Source: an uncultured Chloroflexia bacterium
GTDB lineage: Bacteria; Chloroflexota; Limnocylindria; Limnocylindrales; CSP1-4
DNA length: 64,000 nucleotides
Reading direction: 5' to 3'
NCBI GenBank assembly: GCA_963734535.1
Contig: CAVTHS010000003.1
Coordinates: forward strand, 128,001 to 192,000
The position numbers and the translations under genes are program-made. This document shows positions 13,554 to 23,497 of this stretch, piece by piece (position 1 is the first letter of the stretch; the number at the start of each line of letters is the position of its first letter). The notes under the pieces were generated by a model. That model had not been told where the DNA came from, did no database searches, and saw nothing but the letters and a program-made list of their open reading frames with translations.

Positions 13554-14300
13554 ATGCGACCGTTCGCCGCGCTCGAGCGCCTCCTGGAACGGCTCTTCGA
13601 ACGGCCGGGCGCCCGTCTCTTCGATGTCGGGGTTGCTCCGGCAACGCTCGCTCAGCGGATCGAACGTGCCATCGACGAGGAGCGACGTCCGGGAGTCGAG
13701 GGAACCGTCGCGCCGACGCGCTTCGTGGTGAGCGTCGACGCGCGCGCTGCCGTGGAGCTCTCGGGAGTGCCGAATCTCGAGAACGAGCTGGCGGCCGGTG
13801 CGCTGGCCCATGCCCGTCGTCGGGGATACCTGATCCCCGAGCGGCCATCAGTGGCCATCGTGGCGTCGACCGACCTCGATCGGGGCGCCACGACCATCCG
13901 GGCAACGTTCGCGGGGCCATTCCCGCTCGCGGACACAGCCGGCCCGGCGAGCGATCGAACCCGCGTGCACCCGGCCGCGGTCCGGGCCGCCCCGAGCGGC
14001 ATTCTGCGGGTCATCGCTCCGGACGGGACGGAGCGCCGGCTGCGGCTGGAGGCCCGGCCGGTCGGGATCGGCCGCGGCGACGACAACGACGTCGTGATCG
14101 CGGATCCGCTCCTCTCGCGCCATCACGCACGGATCGTTCCACGGAACGGCCGGCTCGTCCTCACCGACCTTGCCAGTCGCAACGGGACCCGCGTGAATGG
14201 ACGGGGCGTGAAGGAGGCCGTCCTCGGCGCGGGCGACCGCATCGAGCTCGGCGGGACCACGATCGACATCCTCCCAGCGGACGCCACATGGACCCCCTGA
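13554..14300 (+). CDS. fhaA: FhaA-like (DUF3662 + FHA domain)
   Basis: N-terminal 'LERLLERLFE' DUF3662-like region; FHA motifs 'IGR', 'SRHHA', 'DLASRNGTRVNG'. Confidence 0.85.
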   Translation: MRPFAALERLLERLFERPGARLFDVGVAPATLAQRIERAIDEERRPGVEGTVAPTRFVVSVDARAAVELSGVPNLENELAAGALAHARRRGYLIPERPSVAIVASTDLDRGATTIRATFAGPFPLADTAGPASDRTRVHPAAVRAAPSGILRVIAPDGTERRLRLEARPVGIGRGDDNDVVIADPLLSRHHARIVPRNGRLVLTDLASRNGTRVNGRGVKEAVLGAGDRIELGGTTIDILPADATWTP

Positions 14301-14722
14301 CCCTGGCCGTGTGGGCAATCCGCCTCGCATTCCTTGCGGCGCTCTACCTCTTCCTCGCACTTGTCGTCCGGGCGCTGCTCCGCGATGTCCGGGCTGCTTC
14401 GCGCGACCCCGCGGGGGCGCTCGGGCGCCTCGTCGTGGTCGCGAGCGCAGGCCTGCCCGCGGCGGGGAGCGTCTTTCCCCTTGACGCGGTGACGACGCTC
14501 GGGCGCGACCTGGGCAGCAGCGTCGTCCTCGACGACCCATTCTCGTCGGCCAGGCACGCGATCCTCACCTTCCGGGGGCGCGGCTGGTACGTGGAGGACC
14601 TTGGCAGCACGAACGGAACGCTCGTCAACGGGGTGGCCGTCGCCGGGGCGCTGCCGCTCGGCTTCGGCGACGAGCTCCAGATCGGCGATGTCCGGATGCG
14701 CCTGGAGCGTGGCCTCCGGTGA
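14288..14722 (+). CDS. fhaB: FhaB-like membrane-anchored FHA protein
   Basis: N-terminal TM 'RLAFLAALYLFL'; FHA 'LGR...SARHA...EDLGSTNGTLVNG'. Confidence 0.85.
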   Translation: MDPLTLAVWAIRLAFLAALYLFLALVVRALLRDVRAASRDPAGALGRLVVVASAGLPAAGSVFPLDAVTTLGRDLGSSVVLDDPFSSARHAILTFRGRGWYVEDLGSTNGTLVNGVAVAGALPLGFGDELQIGDVRMRLERGLR

Positions 14723-16110
14723 CCGCGGCCAGCTTGCCCGGCTTCCCTCGGCCGAGGATCCGCCGCCGTGAGCTGGGTCTCCTGCTGGTGGTCGCCGGTG
14801 CGCTGGCCCTCGGCAACCTGTCGCTCGGTCTCACGCGCACCGGCAGCCTGGGGCTGGTCGATCCGGCCGGGCTGCTCCTGTACCTGGCGGCCCTCGCTGC
14901 CGTCCATCTCGCGCTCGTCACCGCCGGGCGGCGAGTCGACGAGGTGCTCCTGCCCGCGGTCGGGCTGCTCGGCGGGATCGGCCTGCTGCTGGCCGAGCGG
15001 CTTCCGCAGGACCTCGTGGTCCAACAAGTCGGTCCCGCGATCCTCGGCCTGGCCTCGCTGCAGCTCGTCTGGCTCGTGCTCGCGCTCGTGATCGCCGTCG
15101 CCGTCGCGATCACGGTGCGCTCGGATCGCTGGCTGCGCCTCTACAAGTACACCTGGGCGGCGTCGGGCCTCGGACTGCTGGCCCTCACGTTCGTCCTGGG
15201 GTCGGACGTGAACGGGGCGCGGCTCACGCTCGACCTCGGGCCAGTGAGCGGACAGCCGTCGGAGCTCCTCAAGGTGATCCTGGTCGTCTTCTTCGCGGCG
15301 TACCTGGCCGAGAACCGGGTCCTCCTGGCCGACGCTCGTGTCCGCGTCGTGGGCCGGCTCACCGTTCCTCCGGGTCCATATCTCCTGCCCGCCGGCCTGA
15401 TGCTGGCGCTGGCGCTGGGGATCGTCGTGATCCAGCGGGACCTGGGTGCGGCCATGCTGTTCTACGCGGTGTTCCTGTGCCTCTTCTACCTCGCGACCGG
15501 GAGCAAGGTGGACGTGGTGCTCGGGATCGGGCTCTTCCTGGTCGGCTTCGTGCTCATGGCGGTCGTCTTCCCGCACGTGCGCGACCGCGTTGCGACCTGG
15601 CTGGACCCGTGGGCCGATCCCCTCGGGACCGGATACCAGACCATCCAGGCGCTTCACGCGTTCGCGCGCGGCGGGCTGCTTGGGACGGGCCTGGGAGCGG
15701 GCCTGCCGACGGTCGGCGGGCAGCTGCCGATCCCGGCGGTCCATACGGACTTCCCGTTCGCTGCCCTCGGCGAGGAGCTGGGGATGGCGGGCGTTGTCGC
15801 CATCCTCGGCTGCTACCTGGTCGTCGTTGCGCGAGGGTTGCGCATCGCGGCGGCCGCGACGGACGACGTCAGGGCGCTCCTCTGCGCCGGCCTCGCGCTC
15901 GTGATCGGCGTGCAGGCGGCGATCATTGCGGCCGGCAACCTGAAGCTGATCCCGCTCACGGGCATCACGCTCCCGTTCATCAGCTATGGCGGGTCGTCGC
16001 TCCTCGTGAACGGGCTGATCGTGGGCCTCCTGCTCGCGTTCTCGGATCGCGGGCCCATGCCGCCGGGGGAGCCGCGACGCGCGCGCCAGCGCGGCGGGGG
16101 CGGCCGATGA
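14719..16110 (+). CDS. rodA: FtsW/RodA/SpoVE (SEDS) family protein
   Basis: 'QPSELLK', 'QRDLGAA', 'HTDF', 'EELG', 'PLTGITLPFISYGGSS'; many TM helices. Confidence 0.93.
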   Translation: MTAASLPGFPRPRIRRRELGLLLVVAGALALGNLSLGLTRTGSLGLVDPAGLLLYLAALAAVHLALVTAGRRVDEVLLPAVGLLGGIGLLLAERLPQDLVVQQVGPAILGLASLQLVWLVLALVIAVAVAITVRSDRWLRLYKYTWAASGLGLLALTFVLGSDVNGARLTLDLGPVSGQPSELLKVILVVFFAAYLAENRVLLADARVRVVGRLTVPPGPYLLPAGLMLALALGIVVIQRDLGAAMLFYAVFLCLFYLATGSKVDVVLGIGLFLVGFVLMAVVFPHVRDRVATWLDPWADPLGTGYQTIQALHAFARGGLLGTGLGAGLPTVGGQLPIPAVHTDFPFAALGEELGMAGVVAILGCYLVVVARGLRIAAAATDDVRALLCAGLALVIGVQAAIIAAGNLKLIPLTGITLPFISYGGSSLLVNGLIVGLLLAFSDRGPMPPGEPRRARQRGGGGR

Positions 16111-17615
16111 CGGTGCAGGGTCGCGGCAGGCGTCGGGAGCGTCCGCTCAGCGCGCGCGTCGCTCGCCTGAGCCTCGCCCTGGCCCTCGTCTACGGCGGGC
16201 TGACGCTCGGTGCTGGCTACTGGCAGGTGTTCCGCGCCGACGACCTGTCCCGGGACCCGACCGACGCGGGCATGATCGCGGCCGCCCGATCCGTCGTCCG
16301 GGGCAGGATCCTCGACCGGGACGGCCGCGTCCTGGCGACCAGCCGCCGGGACGCAAGCGGCGAGCCGTATCGCGTCTACACCGACGCATCGCTCAGCGCA
16401 CCCATTGGCTACGCGTCGCGGCTGTACGGGTCAGCCGGCCTGGAGGCCGCGTACGCGTCGGAGCTGTTGGGGGCCGGGGGCGACGATCCCGCGTCGCGAG
16501 CGCTGGCGAAGTTCCGGCCCCGCGGCCAGCGGGGCGACGACCTGCGGACCAGCCTCTCGCTGTCGCTGCAGCGGCTGGCGGTGCAGCTTCTGGGGACGGA
16601 CCGCGGCGCGGTGGTTGCCCTCGACCCTCGCACCGGCGACGTTCTCGCGTTGGCCAGCACGCCGACCTACGACGCGTCGGGGATCGCGAACCCGGCGACC
16701 TCCCGGGCGGCGTTCGCCGCGGCCACGGGCGATCCGGACCAGCCGCTCCTCGACCGAGCGATCCAGGGTCGCTACGTTCCCGGTTCGGTCTTCAAGATCG
16801 TGACCGCGATCGCCGGCCTGTCCTCGGGCGCGATCACGCCGGCCACGAAATTCCCGCAACAGCCCGCCGCCGAATTGACGGGCCTGCTCGTCTCGGGCTA
16901 CCGCGTCCGGGACGGGCATCACCCGTTCACCGGATCGGAGGTTCTCGACTTCGACCGCGCGACCGAGGTGTCCTGCAACATCTGGTACGCGCTGGCCGGC
17001 CTGCGCACGGGCGGCGCGAGCATGGAGGATGCGGCGCGACGGCTCGGGTTCGGCGCGCCGATCCCGTTCGACCTCGCGACGGCATCCTCGCAGCTCACGA
17101 ACGGCGGCGGGCCGTTGCCGGGTGGCTTCGCGGACAACGTCGAGCTGGCCAACGCGGCGTACGGCCAGGGGGAGGTGCTGGTCACGCCACTCCAGATGGC
17201 GCTCGTGGCGGCGACCGTCGCCAACGGCGGGGTGGAGCCTCGACCGCGCCTCGTGACGGCATTCGTCAGCCCGGCGGGTTCGGTCCGCGACGTGTCCGGC
17301 GGCACGCTCGGGCGGGTACTCTCGCCGGGTGATGCGGCAGCAATCACGGCGGCCATGACCCAGGCGGTCGAAGGCGCGGACGGCCAGCGCTTCACGTCCG
17401 GCGCCCAGGTGGCCGGGGTGACCGTGGCCGGCAAGACCGGCACTGCCCAGCTCGGCGGGACCGGGGAGCCACATTCGTGGTTCATCGGGTTCGCGCCGGC
17501 GGAGGCGCCGACCATCGCGATCGCGGTGGTCGTGGAGCAGGGCGGCCACGGAGGATCACGGGCGGCTCCGCTCGCCGGAGAGATGCTGCGTACGTTCCTG
17601 GCCGCGAAGCCGTGA
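16107..17615 (+). CDS. pbpA: Class B penicillin-binding transpeptidase (PbpA-like)
   Basis: 'RGRILDRDG', SxxK (SVFK), SxN (SCN), KTG. ATGA overlap with rodA. Confidence 0.9.
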   Translation: MTVQGRGRRRERPLSARVARLSLALALVYGGLTLGAGYWQVFRADDLSRDPTDAGMIAAARSVVRGRILDRDGRVLATSRRDASGEPYRVYTDASLSAPIGYASRLYGSAGLEAAYASELLGAGGDDPASRALAKFRPRGQRGDDLRTSLSLSLQRLAVQLLGTDRGAVVALDPRTGDVLALASTPTYDASGIANPATSRAAFAAATGDPDQPLLDRAIQGRYVPGSVFKIVTAIAGLSSGAITPATKFPQQPAAELTGLLVSGYRVRDGHHPFTGSEVLDFDRATEVSCNIWYALAGLRTGGASMEDAARRLGFGAPIPFDLATASSQLTNGGGPLPGGFADNVELANAAYGQGEVLVTPLQMALVAATVANGGVEPRPRLVTAFVSPAGSVRDVSGGTLGRVLSPGDAAAITAAMTQAVEGADGQRFTSGAQVAGVTVAGKTGTAQLGGTGEPHSWFIGFAPAEAPTIAIAVVVEQGGHGGSRAAPLAGEMLRTFLAAKP

Positions 17616-17710
17616 CCCGCTCAGGACCGGTTGCGAACTGGAGTGCGGCCGACCTCCCTGCGGTGAGCGGGGCCGCGCGCGACCGCCGGCGCTGGCCCGG
17701 AACCGCCCCC

Positions 17711-17739
17711 GGAACCGTCCCCCGAGTTCGGACGTACTA
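17711..17739 (+). promoter_or_regulatory. Candidate ECF sigma promoter for the moxR operon
   Basis: GGAACC-N16-CGTACTA; an extra GGAACC copy lies 12 bp upstream. Confidence 0.5.
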
Positions 17740-17841
17740 TCTGCAGACCCCACGACCGCCAACCCCCGTGACGAGCGGGCCTCGCGCCGTCCTCGACGGC
17801 CGCGGCGCCACGCCGCGCACCGACAGGAGCCCGCGAGCACG

Positions 17842-18831
17842 ATGACGAAGATGCAGGAGTCCGGCGAGCGCGTCGTGGCCAACGTGGAGCGCGTGATCGT
17901 CGGGAAGCACCACGAGGTCCAGCTCGCCCTCGTGGCGCTTCTCTGCCGGGGCCATCTGCTCATCGAGGATGTCCCCGGAACCGGCAAGACCGTTCTGGCC
18001 AAGGCGATCGCCAAGAGCCTCGGCTCGTCGTTCCGACGGATCCAGTTCACGCCGGACCTGCTGCCGTCGGACGTGACGGGCCTCTCGATCTACAACCAGA
18101 AGACGCAGGAGTTCGAATTCCGGCCGGGGCCGATCATGAGCCAGGTCGTCCTCGCCGACGAGATCAACCGGGCGACCCCCAAGACCCAGTCCGCGCTGCT
18201 CGAATGCATGGAGGAGCGCCAGGCGACGATCGACGGGATCAGCCACATGATGCCGGACCCGTTCCTGGTGATCGCGACGCAGAACCCGATCGAGTACGAG
18301 GGCACGTTCGCGCTGCCGGAGGCGCAGCTCGACCGGTTCATGCTGCGGCTCCGGATGGGCTACCCGACGCCAACCGAGGAGATCGTGATCCTCGACGAGC
18401 AGAAGCGCATCCACCCACTCGACGACCTCGAGGAAGTCTGCCCGGTGGCGGAGCTCCGCGAGATGCAGGCGGCAGTCCGCGAGATCTACGTCGATGCGAG
18501 CGTCGCCGAATACATCGTCCGCCTGGTGAACGCCACCCGGACGCACCCCGACATCTACCTTGGAGCGTCGCCGCGCGGCTCGATCGCGCTCTACCGGGCG
18601 GGCCAGGCGCGGGCGGCCCTCCTCGGGCGCGACTTCGTGATCCCGGACGACGTGAAGACCCTCGCAGGTCCCGCCCTTGCCCACCGGCTGATCATCAAGA
18701 CGAGCTCGTCGATCCGCGAGGTGGACTCCGAGACCGTGGTCCGCGAGCTGCTCGATGCCGTGCCGGTCGACGCGCCCGCCCGTCCCGGGGGCCCGCGGCG
18801 GATCGAGGCCGAGGCCCCGCGCGGCCGCTGA
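17842..18831 (+). CDS. moxR: MoxR family AAA+ ATPase
   Basis: 'EDVPGTGKT', '[12 protein letters not shown]', 'DEINRA', 'ATQNPIE', 'LPEAQLDRF'. Confidence 0.95.
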   Translation: MTKMQESGERVVANVERVIVGKHHEVQLALVALLCRGHLLIEDVPGTGKTVLAKAIAKSLGSSFRRIQFTPDLLPSDVTGLSIYNQKTQEFEFRPGPIMSQVVLADEINRATPKTQSALLECMEERQATIDGISHMMPDPFLVIATQNPIEYEGTFALPEAQLDRFMLRLRMGYPTPTEEIVILDEQKRIHPLDDLEEVCPVAELREMQAAVREIYVDASVAEYIVRLVNATRTHPDIYLGASPRGSIALYRAGQARAALLGRDFVIPDDVKTLAGPALAHRLIIKTSSSIREVDSETVVRELLDAVPVDAPARPGGPRRIEAEAPRGR

Positions 18832-18854
18832 CCGGTCGCCGAGCCCAGCCGCCC

Positions 18855-20111
18855 GTGCGCTACCTGCGTCGCCTTCCGTTCCTCGTCCTCGGCACGATCC
18901 TCGTGGTGGCCGCATTCAGCACGGGCTACTCGTTCCTGTTCTACCTCGTCTACCTCGGCCTGCTCGTCGTCGGCGGCAGCTACCTGGTGACGCGCAACGG
19001 GCTCGCCGACCTGGAGGCAGGCTACGCCGTCAACCAGCTCCAGGCGCACGTCGGCGACCAGCTCCGGACCACCTACACGCTGCGGAACACGAGCCGCCTG
19101 CCGAAGCTCTGGCTGGAGGTGCACAACCCGTCGACGCTGCCGGTCCCGCTGCCCGGCCGGGCCATCTCGCTGGGGACGCGCCGCGAGCGGTCCTGGGTTG
19201 CCCGCGTGCCGCTGGTCCGGCGCGGCCACTTCCGCGTCGACCCGCTCCAGATCCGGACCGGCGATCCGTTCGGGTTCTTCGAGGCGAACGCATCCGTCGG
19301 GCACGGCGTGACCCTGATCGTCTTCCCGCGGGTGGAGCCCATCCCGCGGTGGCGTCTCCGGGCCGTGAGCCTCGAGGGAAGCCGGTCCACGCCGGTGCGG
19401 GCGCAGCAGACGACGCCGCTCGCCACCTCGATCCGACCCTATGCGCCCGGCGACGCCTTCAACCGGATCCACTGGCCCACGACCGCGCGGACCGGCGCCA
19501 TCCAGGTGAAGGAGTTCGACCTGGAGCAGACCGCCGATGTCTGGCTGTTCGTGGACCTCGAGCGTCGCGTACAGCGGGGCAGCGGTGACGACTCGACGGT
19601 CGAGGTCGCCGTGCGCGTCGCGGCTGCCATCGCGGAACGGGCGCTCGCGGAGAACCGATCCGTTGGCCTGACCACGACGGGAGCGCGGCTCACGCACCTG
19701 TCGCCGGATCGCGGCCCCCGCCAGCGCCAGAAGATCCTGCACCTGCTCGCGGCAGTGGATGGCGACGGCACGGCGCCCCTCGTGGAGGCCCTCGTCGCCG
19801 GGCTCCCGCTCCTTCGGCGCGGGATGTCCGCCCTGATCGTGACGCCCGCCGCGGAACCCGCCTGGGTCCGCCCGCTGGCGACGCTGCGGCCGCGCGGGAT
19901 CGGCACCCAGGTCCTGTACCTGGACCCACATGCGTTCCTGCGCCACGAGATCGTGGCGGACGACCGCAGCATCGAGGAGCCGGAGGCGGCCGCCGAGCTC
20001 GCGTCGCTCGAGCAGGCGTCGCGGCAGGTCCATCACGCGCTGGCCGAGTTCGACGTCTGGACGTGCGCCGTGCCGCCGGCGATCGCGCTCGGCGAGGTCC
20101 TGGTCGGGTGA
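18855..20111 (+). CDS. DUF58 domain protein
   Basis: N-terminal TMs, 'GDPFGF', 'IRPYAPGDAFNRIHW', 'VKEFD'; located between moxR and the transglutaminase. Confidence 0.88.
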   Translation: MRYLRRLPFLVLGTILVVAAFSTGYSFLFYLVYLGLLVVGGSYLVTRNGLADLEAGYAVNQLQAHVGDQLRTTYTLRNTSRLPKLWLEVHNPSTLPVPLPGRAISLGTRRERSWVARVPLVRRGHFRVDPLQIRTGDPFGFFEANASVGHGVTLIVFPRVEPIPRWRLRAVSLEGSRSTPVRAQQTTPLATSIRPYAPGDAFNRIHWPTTARTGAIQVKEFDLEQTADVWLFVDLERRVQRGSGDDSTVEVAVRVAAAIAERALAENRSVGLTTTGARLTHLSPDRGPRQRQKILHLLAAVDGDGTAPLVEALVAGLPLLRRGMSALIVTPAAEPAWVRPLATLRPRGIGTQVLYLDPHAFLRHEIVADDRSIEEPEAAAELASLEQASRQVHHALAEFDVWTCAVPPAIALGEVLVG

Positions 20112-22444
20112 GCGCCATCGGCACGGCGTTCGACTACGCCACCCCCATCGCGGCCGAGGAGCGGCGGCACCTCCCGCTGGCGCCCGCCGAGGGATGGTCG
20201 AGCGTGCTGCTGCTCGCCCTCATGGCTGCGCTCGTCGGGTGGGCGATCGACGACTCGCGCTGGGTGCTCGGGAGCCAGTCGCTCACGAACTTCCTTCCGT
20301 GGGCAGGTGCGCTCGGCGTGCTCTGGGGCGTGGTCGCGGCGAAGGCGGGTCGCGGTCGCCTGCTCGCCCACGTCGGCGGGGCGGCGGTCGCGACCATCTA
20401 CCTCACGCTCGTCGTCGGCGACCAGCTCGCCCCGGGCGCGTCCGTCGGCGGCCTGTTCCAGGCAACCTCGAACTCGGTCGTGGAGGCGTGGATCGACCTC
20501 GTGGTCCGCAGCCGTGCCACGACCACCGAGATCGGCCATTTCCTGCTCGTGCTCGGGATCATCTGCTGGGCGGCCGGTCACTTCGCGGGGTACACCGCGT
20601 TCGCCCACCGGCGTCCTGTGGCCGCCGTTCTCCTGCCTGGCTCGATCCTCCTCGCCAACGTCGTCCTGACCATTCGCGACCAGTACCCGCTCCTGGTGGT
20701 CTTCTCGCTCGCCGGGCTCCTCTTCCTGGTGCGATTCCATGTTGCCGACGAGCAGCGCGCCTGGATGCGGCATCGGATCGGCGACGTGGGTGACGCGGTC
20801 GGGCTCTCGCTCCGGGCGGGCCTCACCTTCGTCGGCCTCGCCGTCGTCGGGGCGCTCCTGCTGACGCAGTCAGCCTCGTCAGCGCCGCTCGCGAACGCCT
20901 GGCCGGGGCTCAACCAGAAGTTCACCGAGATTGCCCAGCAGTTCGTCAGGTATTTCCCGGCGGGCGGTCCCGGGACCCGGATCACGGGCACGCAGTTCTC
21001 GGATTCCGTGACGGTGACCGGTCAGTGGACGGCGGACGGGACGCCCATCCTCACCATCCAGGCCCCGGCCGGCAGTCCCCGGACGAAGTGGCGGGCGGTT
21101 GCGTACGATCGGCTCATCGGGAACACGTGGAGCTGGAGCCAGACCGCGGAGGTCAGCATCGGCGCGACGGACGGTCTCCTGGCCGGTACCCGGGACGCGC
21201 CCCTCGACACCGTCGCCTACCTGACGGCCGACTACCAGGTGAGCGGCCTGGCGGCCGGGAGCATCGTCGTATCGCCGGGGCTTCCAACGAAGCTCGACCG
21301 AACGGCGCGCGTGACGCTGGTCCAGGGCGGCGGCGAAACCGCGTTCGGTCGAATCCTGCCGGCCGGGAGTGGCGGGTACCGCCTCGAGGCGCTCCTGCCG
21401 GACCTCTCCAATCCGACCGACCCGAAGGCGTTGACCGCGAACCGCCTCCGGGCCGCGGGGACCGACTACCCGTCCAACCTGTTCGCCACCTACACCTCCA
21501 TCGAGCCGGGCACGGTGGGGCCGGAGACGCGCGCGCTGCTCTCCGAGATCCTGGGCGCGGCGAAGCCGACGTCGCCGTACGACACGGCGCGGGAGATCGA
21601 GTCGTACCTGCGCGACCCCCGCCACTTCACCTACAGCACGAACGTGTCCGACGTGGACTGCGGTGGCCGCGGCGTCGTCGATTGCTTCGTGTACTCGCGG
21701 AAGGGCTACTGCGAGCATTTCGCCTCGACGATGGTGATGATGCTCCGCGTCGAAGGGATCCCGGCCCGGTTCGTGGAGGGGTTCCTGCCCGGGGCTCGCG
21801 ACGCGAGCGGTCGCGAGACGATCCTCCGCAGCGGGGCGCACGCCTGGGTCGAGGCCTGGTTCCCCGGCGCGGGCTGGATCGACTTCGACCCGACCGGCGG
21901 TGGCGTTGGCCAGCCGCTCGTGCTGCCGCCCGGACCCGCTGTCCCGACGGCGTCGCCGTCCGCCAGCGCTGGGGCAAGCGGGAGCCCGGGCGCGAGCCAT
22001 CGGGCCGGCGTCGATGAGCCGGCCGGACCGGCGGAAGGCGGCTCGGGGAGCGGTTTCCGCACGCCCGGCATCGGCCCGGCCATCGTGGTCGTGCTGCCTG
22101 TCTCGTTCGCCCTGATCGGGTTCGGGTTCGTCTTCTTCAGGCGCCGCCTCCGCCGGCCTGCCGAGCCCGCTGCCGTCTACCGCACCGTGGCCGGGCTGGC
22201 CGGTCGGCTGGGCTACCCCCGCCGTCCAACCCAGACGGTCTACGAGTACCTGGGTTCGCTCTCCGACGTGGTGCCCGCGGTCCGTCCGGACCTCCAGCTC
22301 GTCGCGCGCTCGACCGTGGAGGCGACCTACGGTCGACGACGGTTCGGCGTCGAGCGGCTCTCTGCGCTGGGCGACGCGCAGCGGCGCCTCCGGATCGCGC
22401 TGCTCCGGCTCGCGTTCGTGCGCCGGCGGGGCCGCCGGCGCTGA
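20108..22444 (+). CDS. Membrane transglutaminase-like protein (TgpA/DUF3488-DUF4129)
   Basis: Multi-TM N-terminus; intact triad 'GYCEHFA', 'HAWVE', 'FDPT'; C-terminal TM plus 'PTQTVYEY'. Confidence 0.9.
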   Translation: MSAIGTAFDYATPIAAEERRHLPLAPAEGWSSVLLLALMAALVGWAIDDSRWVLGSQSLTNFLPWAGALGVLWGVVAAKAGRGRLLAHVGGAAVATIYLTLVVGDQLAPGASVGGLFQATSNSVVEAWIDLVVRSRATTTEIGHFLLVLGIICWAAGHFAGYTAFAHRRPVAAVLLPGSILLANVVLTIRDQYPLLVVFSLAGLLFLVRFHVADEQRAWMRHRIGDVGDAVGLSLRAGLTFVGLAVVGALLLTQSASSAPLANAWPGLNQKFTEIAQQFVRYFPAGGPGTRITGTQFSDSVTVTGQWTADGTPILTIQAPAGSPRTKWRAVAYDRLIGNTWSWSQTAEVSIGATDGLLAGTRDAPLDTVAYLTADYQVSGLAAGSIVVSPGLPTKLDRTARVTLVQGGGETAFGRILPAGSGGYRLEALLPDLSNPTDPKALTANRLRAAGTDYPSNLFATYTSIEPGTVGPETRALLSEILGAAKPTSPYDTAREIESYLRDPRHFTYSTNVSDVDCGGRGVVDCFVYSRKGYCEHFASTMVMMLRVEGIPARFVEGFLPGARDASGRETILRSGAHAWVEAWFPGAGWIDFDPTGGGVGQPLVLPPGPAVPTASPSASAGASGSPGASHRAGVDEPAGPAEGGSGSGFRTPGIGPAIVVVLPVSFALIGFGFVFFRRRLRRPAEPAAVYRTVAGLAGRLGYPRRPTQTVYEYLGSLSDVVPAVRPDLQLVARSTVEATYGRRRFGVERLSALGDAQRRLRIALLRLAFVRRRGRRR

Positions 22445-22576
22445 GAACCGCGGTGCTGCGGTGCGGTGCTTTGACGGCTGCGCGAGGACGCGGCGGACGA
22501 GCCGCCGTCGCGGAGACGCCCGCGCCGTAACAGCGAACGAGACGCCGACGCCAGGAGACAGCGCGAGGGGCCGGGC

Positions 22577-23497
22577 CTACAGGGCGCCGCTTCGCGAACG
22601 TGCGGCGGCCTCGTCCTCTGCGCGACGCTCCGCATCGCCGGCCTCGATCTCGAGCGGCGCCAGATGCTCGGTCCGGTTCCAGGCCCGCAGGACCGTCCGC
22701 CCGTTCCGGATGTCGAGGACCGCGATGCCGGTCGTCGTCTGGGTGAACGTCCAGAAGCGGTCAAGCGGCAGGCCCAGCAGCGCGAGGAGCGCGACCTTGA
22801 ATGCGCCGTCGTGGCCGACGAGGACCGTCCACGGCCCGGCGTGGGGATCGTAGAACGACGGGGTCGCCGAGGCGGTCGTGCCAGTCGCGGGACCGGACGA
22901 GCCGCTCTCCGGGGCGGGGGAGCCGGCAGCCGTGGACGCGTCCCCGGCGGCAGTGGCATCGGACGACGCGCGAACGAGCCCGTCGATCACCCTGGCCAGG
23001 GCGGCCCGAACGCGCCGGTCCACCTCGACCAGGGATTCGCCTCCGGGCGCGTAGACCCGGACCGGGTCGCGTCGCCAGCCGGCGATCTCGGCCGGCCAGC
23101 CGGCCTCGACATCCCGCTGGTAGAGGCCTTCCCAGGCTCCCTGCCCGATCTCCCGGAGACCCGGCTCCGGGACGAGCGGCGGGGCCGGCCGCCCTCGCGC
23201 GGCGATCGCCGTCGCGACCGCGGACGCCGTCTGGGCGGTCCGGGCGAGCGGGGAGTGAACGATCGCGATGGGATCTCCCGCCGGCACCGGGAGGCGCGGC
23301 GGGGCACCCGGGTCGGCGAGGCGCGCACCGGCGAGCGCGGCCTGGCGCTCGCCGAGCGGCGAGAGCGGCGTGTCGGCCTGGCCCTGGAAGCGACCCTCCG
23401 CCAGCCAGACCGACTGGCCGTGGCGCAGGAGGACGAGCGACGCGGCGAGGTCCGGCGGGACGACGAGCGGTGCCACCGTCCCCGGGACGTCCGTCAC
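22577..23497 (-). CDS. Histidine phosphatase family (candidate phosphoserine phosphatase)
   Basis: 'LRHGQS...RFQGQADTPLS', 'SPLART', 'GGES', 'VGHDG'. GTG overlaps the serA stop. Confidence 0.88.
   Translation of the reverse strand: MTDVPGTVAPLVVPPDLAASLVLLRHGQSVWLAEGRFQGQADTPLSPLGERQAALAGARLADPGAPPRLPVPAGDPIAIVHSPLARTAQTASAVATAIAARGRPAPPLVPEPGLREIGQGAWEGLYQRDVEAGWPAEIAGWRRDPVRVYAPGGESLVEVDRRVRAALARVIDGLVRASSDATAAGDASTAAGSPAPESGSSGPATGTTASATPSFYDPHAGPWTVLVGHDGAFKVALLALLGLPLDRFWTFTQTTTGIAVLDIRNGRTVLRAWNRTEHLAPLEIEAGDAERRAEDEAAARSRSGAL

Noticed and set aside
22445-22576. Short GAGACGCC/GCGGT repeats in a convergent intergenic gap (similar weak repeats at 27070-27218)
   Set aside because: Too short and irregular to distinguish from chance in GC-rich DNA.
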